Positions 19,813 to 29,621 of a DNA stretch of 64,000 bases are shown piece by piece. The stretch lies in contig JBFRWN010000017.1 in NCBI GenBank assembly GCA_051439605.1, forward strand, positions 183,855 to 247,854. Reading direction: 5' to 3'. The notes beneath the pieces were generated by a model, which saw nothing but the letters and a program-made list of their open reading frames with translations, did not search any database and was not told where the DNA came from. The DNA is from Synechococcus sp. (lineage in GTDB: Bacteria; Cyanobacteriota; Cyanobacteriia; Thermostichales; PCC-7336). The number at the start of each line of letters is the position of its first letter. The stretch's first letter is position 1. Position numbers and translations under genes: made by a program.

Positions 19813-21141
19813 ATGTCTATGGTGACCTTGCCCGGTCTGGGCGAAATGGTTGATGTGATCAGCCAGGAAAGAAATTTACCAAAGTCTGCCGTTACAGCAG
19901 CTTTGCGTGAAGCATTGCTCAAAGGCTACGAACGCTACCGTAAAACTCTTGAACGAGATAGTCACGCCTTTGAAGAGGAATATTTCAATAACTTTGACAT
20001 TGATTTGGATGTTGATGCGGAAGGTTTTCGGGTGCTGGCCACGAAAACCATCATGGAAGAAGTTTCGAACATCGATCACGAGATCGGTCTTGCGGAAGTG
20101 CAACAGGTCGCCCCTGAAGCAGAAGCTGGTGGCCAAGTGGTGGTGGACGTAACCCCCGATCAGACTGACTTTGGCCGCATGGCTGCCATTCAAACCAAGC
20201 AAGTGCTATCTCAAAAATTGAGGGATCAGCAGCGCCGCCTCATACAGGAAGAATTTAACGATCTGGAAGGGACGGTATTGCAAGGACGCGTGATTCGTCT
20301 TGAACGCTCCTCTGTAATTATTGGGGTGAGTAGCGGCTTTGGACAGCCAGAGGTAGAGGCGGAACTCCCCCGTCGCCAGCAGTTGGCCAACGATCGCTAC
20401 AGTATTGGTTCTGTGGTGAAGGTATATTTGCAACGGGTGGCAGAAGGATCTCGCCGCGGTCCACAGCTGATTGTGTCTCGGGCTGATGCTGGATTGGTGG
20501 TCTATTTATTTGCCAACGAAGTACCTGAAATCGAAGATGATATTGTCCGCATCGTGGCTGTTGCTCGGGAAGCGAACCCACCATCCCGTAACGTAGGCCC
20601 TCGCACCAAGATTGCCGTTGATACCCTCGAACGGGATGTCGATCCTGTCGGAGCCTGTATTGGTTCTCGAGGTTCCCGCATACAAGTGGTGGTGGGCGAA
20701 CTTCGGGGCGAGAAGATTGACGTGATTCGTTGGTCCCCCGATCCTGCGACCTATATCGCCAATGCCCTCAGTCCTGCCCGCATTGTGGAAGTCCGCTTGG
20801 TCGATCCGGAAATCCAGCAGGCCCACGTTCTGGTGCCTGCAGATCAATTAAGCTTGGCCATTGGCAAAGAGGGGCAAAACGTTCGGTTGGCTGCCCGGTT
20901 GACGGGATGGAAGATCGACATCAAAGATGCCGATGAATATTACGCGGCAGAAGATGCGGGTCAGGTCATGTACGTGGCTCCAGAGCGTCCCCCCGAACCG
21001 GTGATACAAGAACCCGAACCAGAGGACACGCTGGAGGACTTGGAAGAATTAGACGATCGCAATGACGTCCCCCTCGAAGAGTTCGACTTTGATATGGAAT
21101 ATGCGATTGCATTTCCCCCTAAGGCTTCAACAGAAGATTAA
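19813..21141 (+). CDS. nusA: Transcription termination/antitermination factor NusA
   Basis: FGRMAAIQTKQV, S1 domain, KH domains (DPVGACIG.RGSRIQ; LSLAIGKEGQNVRLAARLTGWKIDI). Confidence 0.97.
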   Translation: MSMVTLPGLGEMVDVISQERNLPKSAVTAALREALLKGYERYRKTLERDSHAFEEEYFNNFDIDLDVDAEGFRVLATKTIMEEVSNIDHEIGLAEVQQVAPEAEAGGQVVVDVTPDQTDFGRMAAIQTKQVLSQKLRDQQRRLIQEEFNDLEGTVLQGRVIRLERSSVIIGVSSGFGQPEVEAELPRRQQLANDRYSIGSVVKVYLQRVAEGSRRGPQLIVSRADAGLVVYLFANEVPEIEDDIVRIVAVAREANPPSRNVGPRTKIAVDTLERDVDPVGACIGSRGSRIQVVVGELRGEKIDVIRWSPDPATYIANALSPARIVEVRLVDPEIQQAHVLVPADQLSLAIGKEGQNVRLAARLTGWKIDIKDADEYYAAEDAGQVMYVAPERPPEPVIQEPEPEDTLEDLEELDDRNDVPLEEFDFDMEYAIAFPPKASTED

Positions 21142-21493
21142 TCCTGAGATCCCTCTGCCGCTGGAGGAGAGATTCAGCTGTATCGAGCCATAGCAAGCGA
21201 CCCTAAATCTCTAGCAAAGTCTTTGCTACAGCTATTAGGGTTGCTGCCAATTGGGTACGCAGTTGTATTAGATAAACTCTACAAACAGCTTTATACCTAC
21301 AGCTGCTGTGGTGAAATCCTCAAGCCATTAATCTACCTTCAGCGGGGAATGTCTTTAGATGAGATCTGTCTTTAAATGAAGTCTGTCTTGACCGATAATA
21401 CCTGCCCGACCTGAGAGCCTCGATACGTCTTTGCTAGCTGATAGATTCTCGCCTCAAAAGTTCTTGGTGAACGCTTTGGAGCGCTATTGTCGC

Positions 21494-21499
21494 TATAAT
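21494..21499 (+). promoter_or_regulatory. Candidate sigma70 -10 box for the 21534 ORF
   Basis: Perfect TATAAT ~35 nt before the ATG. Confidence 0.45.
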
Positions 21500-21533
21500 C
21501 ACGCATAACATCAGTCCACAACAGTACAGCTTC

Positions 21534-22007
21534 ATGAAGGCTCAACCCTCAAACGCTAAATTCATGCGCCTCTACGGTCGCCTACGTAAGCAAACCCAGG
21601 ACTATTTCTGGATTGCTTTCACCTGGTTCATTGCTCTAATCAACGATCGTCTTCTGCCTGAGAACCGTGCGATAGACGCTCAAGCGATCGCCGATTGGTG
21701 CAACGAGTTCCTAGCAGCACACGATGCCGGAGATCGTCAGTATCGCGGTTTACCTGTTGACCCCGAGTTCGTTGCAGCATTGGATAGCCCCGGAAATTTG
21801 GAAGACTTTACATACCGCGGCATTGAAGTGAGTCTCAAGGGCAAAGCTCGTCCTGCTTTTCTACTGGGCAGCGGCACTGCCAAACCGTTTGTTCCTGGTT
21901 ACCAAATACAACTTCGCCGTTGGATTGTTCAATCTGACCTGACGGACAAAGATCTAGTAGCTGTTACCCCTGAAATTCAAGCTAACTTCCGGGGTCGGGA
22001 CATCTAA
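21534..22007 (+). CDS. Hypothetical protein (157 aa)
   Basis: Protein-like ORF with an upstream TATAAT and a downstream terminator. Confidence 0.7.
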   Translation: MKAQPSNAKFMRLYGRLRKQTQDYFWIAFTWFIALINDRLLPENRAIDAQAIADWCNEFLAAHDAGDRQYRGLPVDPEFVAALDSPGNLEDFTYRGIEVSLKGKARPAFLLGSGTAKPFVPGYQIQLRRWIVQSDLTDKDLVAVTPEIQANFRGRDI

Positions 22008-22056
22008 AATTCTTGGCCTACATAATCAGACCGAACGTAAAAATATCACCCCTGAA

Positions 22057-22087
22057 CCCTCCACAAATGATGGAGGGCTTTTTGTTG
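22057..22087 (+). terminator. Rho-independent terminator
   Basis: CCCTCCA-caaatga-TGGAGGG followed by CTTTTTGTT. Confidence 0.75.
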
Positions 22088-23385
22088 ATTCGCCACACTG
22101 CTTACTCGTTCAGCCGCCCCTATTGCAGATAGGATCTAAGGGGAAGCTAGATGCAGTCTTAAAACATTGCCACAGTTACTATATTCAAGCCTGAAGCTCG
22201 ATAGCTCGTGTCAAACGTCTTACTCTTCAATGGCTTGGGTCTGCTGTAAAAATAACGGGCACTCTGTGTTGTTGTCGTAAACAATTCAGGACGATTAGCG
22301 CTCTGGACTCTATTCCGAGGGCGATCCCCGCGTTGCAGCATATAGAGCCAAAGGACAAAGCAAGCAATTGCCGATAGCGCAAGAATTCAATCTTTTGATG
22401 GTACCGAAGTGGCAAACAGAGACTTCTACCTAGATTGAAAGGCTGAAATTTATATCGATCCCCACCCATTTGATATGACGACTGGATGTGGATCCGGAAA
22501 AAAGTTAAGCCTGCCTTAAACAAGGATTAAGAAAAATTGATTTAATGCCTTGTGTTCCATGAATCGGCGAGTGAAGGGCTATAGTTAAATCACATAGAGT
22601 TCTGCCAAAGGAGGCAACATCTCAGTTCCATTTCCTGATTGCGAGATGGCTGCGATCCCCTATCTTCAGGCTTTAAACGTAAGCTGTCTGGACGCAGTAT
22701 ATTTCTATCAATCTCGCTCGTTCACGATAACTCTCAGGAATTTCGTTCCCTAATTGTGCATGGGAGAAAATCAATCTTGCGGTTGCAGGCGCTCCGATAA
22801 GGTGATCGTACAGGTTGGAGTCTCTAACTAATACTGACAAAAATAGAGAACTTCAAATTTACTGAGAGTTATATCGTTTGCCATTTATATTTCCAACTCA
22901 TTACGCCGCCCATGCGGTATAGATGGCAGCGAGAAGCAAACAAATAGTCTTTGAAAACCCAAGCAAGGAGGTTAGTTTCTCAGTATATTCATGTCCTCAA
23001 GTGCTGCTGCCTGCACACCTTTGTACAATTATGTTAACCGTTTGTTTTTCTGGCAGTGGCGATAAAAATGCCTACAGTTTGTGCTCAACATTCAGTGCCC
23101 GTAGTGGAAGTATTCAGGAGCTTTCTCCTGAAACTCCAATTTAGTATCTAGTACTGAGTAGTGAGAGGCGATTGTAGGCATTATTGTATTTCGGATTTTA
23201 CGATTTTCAATTGTTTGAGAGAATGGAAAGATAGCCCCTGATCAACAGTCAAATTTCTTTTTACTTGCATTGAAATAAAGACTGTGTCTTTATATGCAAG
23301 CGCTGTGGGTGAGCCTGAAGGGTACCATCCACAGAAATTTGCATCTATTTTGCAAGCATAACATCCAGTTTGTAGGAGAGCAGCA

Positions 23386-23544
23386 ATGCTGACATTTGCT
23401 AAGCAACTGATTCGAGCGATCGCCGATATTTTTGCTCCCCCTCCAAAAACATCCACGACGGTAGGTTATCAATCCATTACTTCAGATATCTGCCATAACA
23501 ATAAAGGCTTCGCTTGCCATGTAGATGATTTTCCGCACAACTAA
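23386..23544 (+). CDS. Unannotated 52-aa small protein
   Basis: AGGAGAG RBS; MLTFAKQLIRAIADIFAPPPKTSTTVGYQSITSDICHNNKGFACHVDDFPHN*. Confidence 0.55.
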   Translation: MLTFAKQLIRAIADIFAPPPKTSTTVGYQSITSDICHNNKGFACHVDDFPHN

Positions 23545-23873
23545 CTGATTTTGATAGAGACTGCAAAGACCATTTCATCTTGATTAGGCTTGTAGAAGAA
23601 AGCGATGTGAATACATCAGTTAAGGCAGTGCAGTTTGCATTGCCTTTTTGTTAGGCTCTATCACATTCTTGCCGAATAAAAGTGGCCATCGTGGGGGCTA
23701 TCGCGGCAAAAAAGCGCCCCCCAGCAAACGTGAGAGCGCTCGAGCCCTGAGAGGAATTGTCCGAACCCGAGCTAGTGGCAGTATTTCATCTAGAACAGCA
23801 AGAACTAGGTTCAGCCAACGTTACGGCTGACGACAATCCTCAGTGACTTGCCGATCGCCATAGATTATCCAGA

Positions 23874-24347
23874 CTACAGATTCGATCGAATACCTACAAT
23901 TTTGGCTTCCGAACGGTTGATCCGCTGGATTTCGCTGCCCAACCGGTGGAAGGGAACGGAGTAAGTCGTGATAGCTTGTCGGGTACGAGCCCCCTTCAAA
24001 CCGGAAATTTCCAAGGTGAAGACCCGATTCCCGTTCAGATACTTTTTCTCAGTTAGCGGTTTGCTGGTAGAGACTTGAGTTGCGGTTGATGGTGCAGTGC
24101 GTTGGGGTCTAGGACTCGGCTTAGAGTGAACTAGGGGAGTCCTTGGCTGTTTTACTCGAGATGTAGCTGTGGGTGCTTGCGAGCGGTTACGCGATACCCA
24201 TGAAGCCACCTGGCGAGCTTGGGCTTTGGTAATGGTACTGGAGGGGGAATTCACCTCAAGCCCCATCTTCTGACAAGCGGTCAAAATTGGTGTGCAGTTA
24301 TCCAGCCCAAGCTCTTTTTTCAGGCTGTAAATCCTCACCTTTCTCAT
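23874..24347 (-). CDS. IF2 N-terminal-like domain fused to a CpcD-type phycobilisome linker domain
   Basis: N-terminal KVRIYSLKKELGLDN...C...V.S.SSTIT...A; S/T/P/K/R-rich linker; C-terminal NRVFTLEISGL...YSVPFHRLGSEIQRINRSEAKIVGIR. Confidence 0.8.
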   Translation of the reverse strand: MRKVRIYSLKKELGLDNCTPILTACQKMGLEVNSPSSTITKAQARQVASWVSRNRSQAPTATSRVKQPRTPLVHSKPSPRPQRTAPSTATQVSTSKPLTEKKYLNGNRVFTLEISGLKGARTRQAITTYSVPFHRLGSEIQRINRSEAKIVGIRSNL

Positions 24348-24858
24348 AACCGTCACCTAGATGTAGCGTACAAAGTCATTCAAAATCACTTCTCGACACT
24401 ATTATTACTCTGTCAAAAATGGTTACGCAGCCCCTGTTTACTATTCTTTGAGAAAGGTGGGATCGCCATAAAGCAGGCGATTGTCTCGTTGGCTGATGAA
24501 AATTTTTGCGTACCTATGAGCTCATCCCGCTTCTGTTTAGGACGCGCCACACCATTACCAAACGGAGAGCAAGCTCAGTTTGAAGGAAGTAATAGGTGCA
24601 AGTTCGCATCAACAAAGCAAGGACTTTCTCTCATATCTCACATATTTATTGTGCAAACCAAACGCGATCGCCTTCATTGCAACGGCACTGTCATATGAGG
24701 GAAGTGGGGTATAACCAAACTGTTCTATTTATTGTTGTAGCCATTTCTCTAAGGACAGCGGATCCAATCCCGCTGTAGAGTTCGAAGTATTGAAATGTGC
24801 TAAGCGGCCTGTGGCCGCCAATGGTGATCGCTGATTTTGAGAGTGGAGATCGACGTCC

Positions 24859-25890
24859 GTGCTGCGATTCTCAAGTATTTCTACCGCGAGGGCACTCGCA
24901 ACCACCGTCCTACTGGGGTTAGTCGCTTGCAGTTCGCCTCCCGCTGATGTTTCACAAACAGGTTCGTCTGCGGGGGAAACTCAAACGATTACCGCTAAAT
25001 CTGTGGCCGTAACGCAAATTGTGGAACATCCTGCTCTGGATGCGGCCCAAGATGGTGTGGAGGACGAGTTGTTGGAAGCCGGTTACGTCTTGGGGGAGAC
25101 GCTCAATTTGTCTTGGGAGAGCGCCCAGGGGAGCCCGGCTACCGCAGCACAGATTGCAAGCAAGTTTGTGGGGGATAACCCCGATGCTATTGTGGCGATC
25201 GCCACCCCGTCTGCCCAGGCAGCGGTGGCTGCTTCTGACTCGATTCCGGTGATTTTTTCAGCAGTCACCGATCCTGTGGGGGCTGGACTCGTGCAAACGC
25301 TGGATGCCCCTGGAGGGCTGGTTACGGGGGTGACGGATTTATCTCCGATTGGGGAGCATTTAGACCTCATTCTCGAGATTATCCCGCAGGCGGACAGGGT
25401 GGGGGTGGTGTACAACGCCGGGGAGGATAATTCCGTTAGCTTGGTAGCTCTGATTCAAGCGGAAGCACCAGAGCGTAATTTAGACATAGTTGAAGCGACA
25501 GCTGCCCGATCGAGTGACGTGAGAGCCGCTGCCGAGAGTCTGGTGGGGAAAGTCGATGCCATCTATATTCCCACCGATAACACGGTGGCTTCGGCATTAG
25601 AATCCGTGATAGCTGTAGGGGAAGACAACCAACTGCCTGTGTTTGCTGGAGATACTGGTTCGGTGGAACGGGGGGCGATCGCCTCCTTAGGATTTGATTA
25701 TTACGATGTCGGTCGACAAACGGGTGCCCTCGTGGTGCGGGTGCTAGCAGGGGAAGATCCGGGCGGCATTCCGGTGCAGCGCGTCAATCGCCTGAATCTG
25801 GTGGTCAATTTAGAGGCTGCGGCAGCTATGGGAGTTGAGATTCCAAAGGCTGTCATTGACCGAGCTGACGAAACGCTAGATGCAGAGTAG
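24859..25890 (+). CDS. ABC transporter substrate-binding lipoprotein (putative aromatic amino acid-binding family)
   Basis: Lipobox LVAC, QIVEHPALDAA, IATPSAQA, FSAVTDPVGAGLV, YIPTDNTV. Confidence 0.9.
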   Translation: MLRFSSISTARALATTVLLGLVACSSPPADVSQTGSSAGETQTITAKSVAVTQIVEHPALDAAQDGVEDELLEAGYVLGETLNLSWESAQGSPATAAQIASKFVGDNPDAIVAIATPSAQAAVAASDSIPVIFSAVTDPVGAGLVQTLDAPGGLVTGVTDLSPIGEHLDLILEIIPQADRVGVVYNAGEDNSVSLVALIQAEAPERNLDIVEATAARSSDVRAAAESLVGKVDAIYIPTDNTVASALESVIAVGEDNQLPVFAGDTGSVERGAIASLGFDYYDVGRQTGALVVRVLAGEDPGGIPVQRVNRLNLVVNLEAAAAMGVEIPKAVIDRADETLDAE

Positions 25891-25899
25891 GTCAATCGA

Positions 25900-26805
25900 G
25901 TGAGTTGGGCGGCGTTTATTGGTGCCCTAGAAACGGGGCTGATTTACGGACTGGTGGCTTTGGGGGTCTACCTGTCCTTTCGGGTGTTGGATTTTCCCGA
26001 CCTCACCGTAGATGGCAGTTTTGCCCTAGGGGGGGCGGTGGCGGCGGTGGCGATTGTGGGTGGGGTCAATCCCTATCTGGCAACTGGTTTGGCGGCGTGC
26101 GCCGCAGGATTAGCGGGGTTTGTTACCGCTTGGTTGAATGTCCGATTAGGCATTCTCAACTTGCTGGCCAGCATCTTAACAATGATTGCCCTCTACTCGG
26201 TGAACTTGAGGGTGATGGGCAGCCCCAACGTATCTTTGCTGAACCAGCCGACGATCTTTACCCCCTTTGAGTCGTGGAGCTGGCTTCCAGCACGCTACGT
26301 TGAGGTGTCGGTGCTGGCGGTGGTGGCGGTTGCGGTAAAGTTACTCACCGATTGGTTTCTGGCCTCAGAACTGGGTTTAGCAATGCGCGCTACGGGCGCT
26401 AACCCAACCATGGCTCGGGCTCAGGGGATTGGGACGGGGGCTATCGTTCTATTAGGGATGGTCCTCAGCAATGGCCTAGTGGGATTAGGAGGAGCCCTGT
26501 TTGCCCAAACATTTGGGTTCGCGGATGTGTCGGTGGGGGTGGGCACGATTGTATTTGGTCTGGCGGCGGTAATTATTGGCGAGTCTCTATTGCGGGGGAG
26601 CGCAGTTTGGGCCGCGACGCTGGGAGCATTAGTGGGGTCGATTGTGTATCGACTGGTGGTGGCCTTGGCGTTGAATGTGGATGTGTTAGGGCTAAAAGCC
26701 CAGGACCTCAATCTGATTACGGCTTTGTTAGTGACGGTGGCCCTGGTATTGCCCAACGTGCGCAATCCGTTTAAGCGGTTCCTGACTCAAGGAGCCGGCA
26801 AATGA
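25900..26805 (+). CDS. ABC transporter permease
   Basis: LGVYLSFRVLDFPDLTVDGSF, GLAMRATGAN, GLAAVIIGE. Confidence 0.92.
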   Translation: MSWAAFIGALETGLIYGLVALGVYLSFRVLDFPDLTVDGSFALGGAVAAVAIVGGVNPYLATGLAACAAGLAGFVTAWLNVRLGILNLLASILTMIALYSVNLRVMGSPNVSLLNQPTIFTPFESWSWLPARYVEVSVLAVVAVAVKLLTDWFLASELGLAMRATGANPTMARAQGIGTGAIVLLGMVLSNGLVGLGGALFAQTFGFADVSVGVGTIVFGLAAVIIGESLLRGSAVWAATLGALVGSIVYRLVVALALNVDVLGLKAQDLNLITALLVTVALVLPNVRNPFKRFLTQGAGK

Positions 26806-27596
26806 TCGAGATTGAAAACTTGTCGGTGACCTTTAACCCAGACAGCGCAATGGAAACGAGGGCGCTTCGGGGGATTACTCTTACTATTCCTTCCGGTCAA
26901 TTTGTCACGGTGATAGGCAGTAATGGGGCAGGAAAATCCACGCTGTTGAGGGCAATTGCTGGAGATATTGCCTGCGATCGCGGTGCCATCTTCATCGAGG
27001 GTCAGGAGGTGACCCGCTGGTCTGCCTCCCATCGCGCTCAACTGGTGGCTCGCGTGTTTCAAGATCCCCTAGCGGGCTCTTGCGCCAATCTCACGATTGC
27101 GGAGAATATGGCCCTCGCCTATCGCAGAGGTCAGCGGCGATCGCTGGCTGCGGCCCTCCGTCCTGGGATGCTGGCTGAATTTCGCAGCCATTTGGCCCGT
27201 TTGAATTTGGGATTGGAAGATCGACTGGGCGATCGCATGGGGTTGCTATCGGGTGGCCAACGGCAGGCGGTCAGCTTGCTAATGGCAACCTTAGCTGCTC
27301 GCAAAATATTGCTGCTGGACGAACACACCGCTGCCCTCGATCCCAAAACCGCTGCTTACGTGGCTAACCTCACCCGGGACATTGTCTCCGAGCAACAGCT
27401 GACAACATTGATGGTGACCCACAGTATGCGACAGGCGCTGGACTTGGGCGTTCGCACGCTAATGCTGCACGAAGGCCAAGTGGTGTTTGACGTGGCGGGG
27501 GAGCGACGTGCGGGGCTTGATGTTCCAGATTTGTTGCGGATGTTTGAAGAGGTCCGCGGGGAGGAATTAGAGATCGATTCCCTGCTGTTGGGCTAG
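26802..27596 (+). CDS. ABC transporter ATP-binding protein
   Basis: GSNGAGKST, LSGGQRQA, LLDEHTAALDP; 4-bp overlap with the permease. Confidence 0.93.
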   Translation: MIEIENLSVTFNPDSAMETRALRGITLTIPSGQFVTVIGSNGAGKSTLLRAIAGDIACDRGAIFIEGQEVTRWSASHRAQLVARVFQDPLAGSCANLTIAENMALAYRRGQRRSLAAALRPGMLAEFRSHLARLNLGLEDRLGDRMGLLSGGQRQAVSLLMATLAARKILLLDEHTAALDPKTAAYVANLTRDIVSEQQLTTLMVTHSMRQALDLGVRTLMLHEGQVVFDVAGERRAGLDVPDLLRMFEEVRGEELEIDSLLLG

Positions 27597-27649
27597 CGGT
27601 GAAACCTTTCGCTAGTGGGGCACCTGTGATAGCTGCCTAGCCAATCGCC

Positions 27650-28327
27650 TCAAGCAGCCCAGGCTGCTTCTAGCAGGTTGCAGGCCGCGTGCAGGGAATC
27701 AACCACTCTACAGGTCCGCTGGACAATCTCAGCTTGAGGGGGTTGTAAATCTGGCACGACAATCGTTGTGGCTCCAGCAGTGACCGCCGCCGTTGCGCCA
27801 GAGTTAGAGTCTTCGAACACCAGACAGTCCTGCGGTTCGACCCCCAACTTTCGAGCTGATTCAAGGTAAATATCTGGAGCGGGCTTGTTCTGGAGAACTT
27901 CGTCACCGGTGGTGGTGTGGATAAACCAAGTGCCAATGCCAGAGGCGGCAATGCTGAGATCTGCTTCAGCGCGCGGGCTAGCGGTGGCGATCGCCTTAGG
28001 CATGCCTAATTTATCTAGATAGTCCAGTAAGTCTATTAGTCCAGGTTTGAGGGGAATACCGTTAGCAGCGATATAGTGTCGCCAGTGTCGATCCCTCAGA
28101 TCTCGGCATTGTTTCACGGGATAGCTGCTGCCAAAGATATCCTGCATGAGGCGATCGCAATCGTCGTTGCTACGGCCCACAAACTGGGCGTACCAGCCAT
28201 CTTCCTCAAACTGATAGCCACAGTCTGCAACCGCTTGCTTCCAAGCCATGCGGTAAATGGGCTCCGTGTCTAACATCAGCCCATCCATGTCAAAGATCAC
28301 CGCTTTAATGCGATCGCGCTGAAGCAT
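27650..28327 (-). CDS. HAD-family phosphatase (beta-PGM-like)
   Basis: FDMDGLMLDTE, KPAPDIY, VFEDS. Confidence 0.9.
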   Translation of the reverse strand: MLQRDRIKAVIFDMDGLMLDTEPIYRMAWKQAVADCGYQFEEDGWYAQFVGRSNDDCDRLMQDIFGSSYPVKQCRDLRDRHWRHYIAANGIPLKPGLIDLLDYLDKLGMPKAIATASPRAEADLSIAASGIGTWFIHTTTGDEVLQNKPAPDIYLESARKLGVEPQDCLVFEDSNSGATAAVTAGATTIVVPDLQPPQAEIVQRTCRVVDSLHAACNLLEAAWAA

Positions 28328-28769
28328 TCGTTAGGTCTCCGTACTGCTTTTTGTAGGCCATGTCTTGCCGTCATTAGGAGATCGCTCCCTCGGCAATCCT
28401 AGGTCAAATCCTGCTGAGATCCCTGTCAGGCAGATAACCCTTGCCATAAGCAGCCGTATGACTTTCATGCGATCCTGTTGGTTGGCTAGCCCACTTAACG
28501 ATGCAACAATTTTTCTACTGTTCCACATCTGAAGCAGCGGTAGAAACTGGATGTGTAGACGCTCTTCTTGAAGGGTGTAAAGGAGGGCGATCGTGCTCCT
28601 CGCAGTGAATGGAATGGCTGTACCAATAAATGGGAGGGGAAATAATCGGCATCATGTGTAGGAACTACATGAATTCAAATTCAGTCACAGTTGCACTCCA
28701 TTGTAGAAGTTGCTTGAAATGGCATTCAAATGATTTGAGAAAAGGGAATTCATGAGGTTTAGAGATGAC

Positions 28770-28803
28770 GTGAATGACCTTAGCCAATCAATAGGTCATT
28801 CAC
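28770..28803 (-). terminator. Stem-loop just downstream of the 28820 gene
   Basis: Perfect 11-bp inverted repeat GTGAATGACCT / AGGTCATTCAC. Confidence 0.55.
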
Positions 28804-28819
28804 ATCGTTGAATAGACCG

Positions 28820-29143
28820 CTACTCAGGGCTCACTCCTCTCTCGGCACTTGCGCCTCTCACTTCAAGGGTTTGAAGCACGTCGAGAATATTGCGATCTTG
28901 CTGTTGTTGGACAGAGGAAAACGCGCTCGGTTGGCTTGAAGCCACTTCGACGCCCTCTACCTCAGAATCGAAGCGAGAGACAACTCCACTTTCAGAGCTG
29001 GCGCCTTTAGCTTCCAAGTCGGCTAGGCGACTAAGGATGTCAGATTGTGCGTTTGCTGGGGTAACGTTGCGGAAAGATAGGGCACCGAGGCCCAGACCCA
29101 ATGCAACAACTAAACGAGAAATGGATTGTGGGTTCATGGTCAT
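28820..29143 (-). CDS. Small secreted hypothetical protein with a duplicated motif
   Basis: GGAG RBS, signal peptide ending PANA-Q, two copies of IL..L..LE..GAS.E.GV. Confidence 0.7.
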   Translation of the reverse strand: MTMNPQSISRLVVALGLGLGALSFRNVTPANAQSDILSRLADLEAKGASSESGVVSRFDSEVEGVEVASSQPSAFSSVQQQQDRNILDVLQTLEVRGASAERGVSPE

Positions 29144-29485
29144 GTCTCCAAAGAATTCGAAAAATCTCATGTTCGTAGTTTCTCGATATTCTTCAGGCAG
29201 ATCAAAGCAAGATCGCAGCTTAAGCAAGCAACTTAGGAGCTCAAGAAAAGATCGCGGTTCTGAGTAGTTTCTGTCCACTATTGCCTAGAGTTAGCTACTT
29301 AAAAGAGAAGTCGATTGAAGCCTCACAAAGAAGATTGCTGAGATGTAAATTTGGTTTAAGCAATAGTATTCGGATCCAAATGAAAGTTCTGAACGTTGTG
29401 GGGTGAATATCAGCTTATCTTGCGGATAATCCTTAAGTTGCGAACTGGAAATCATGGGGGTATTAACCGCGCCTTCTGAAATTGC

Positions 29486-29520
29486 AAAAAGAAGGACGCA
29501 TCCCCCAAAGGGACACGTCC
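29486..29520 (-). terminator. Probable terminator of the geranylgeranyl-reductase-family gene
   Basis: GGACG..TCCC / GGGA..CGTCC stem followed by a T-run on the minus strand. Confidence 0.45.
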
Positions 29521-29621
29521 AAGCATGTATTTTTAAACGAGGGAGACAATTGCTTTTGGCTCTAAAAACTCTTTGTATCCGGTGGAGGAGACCGCTCCAG
29601 CAGGCAGGTTGTAGTGCTAGC

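Noticed and set aside
22159..23350. Several 60-98 aa ORFs; checked as possible transposase or ylxR remnants
   Set aside because: No recognisable motifs, terminal inverted repeats or target-site duplications seen.
24219..24698. 159-aa plus-strand ORF
   Set aside because: Overlaps the IF2N-CpcD gene antisense and has no protein-like features.
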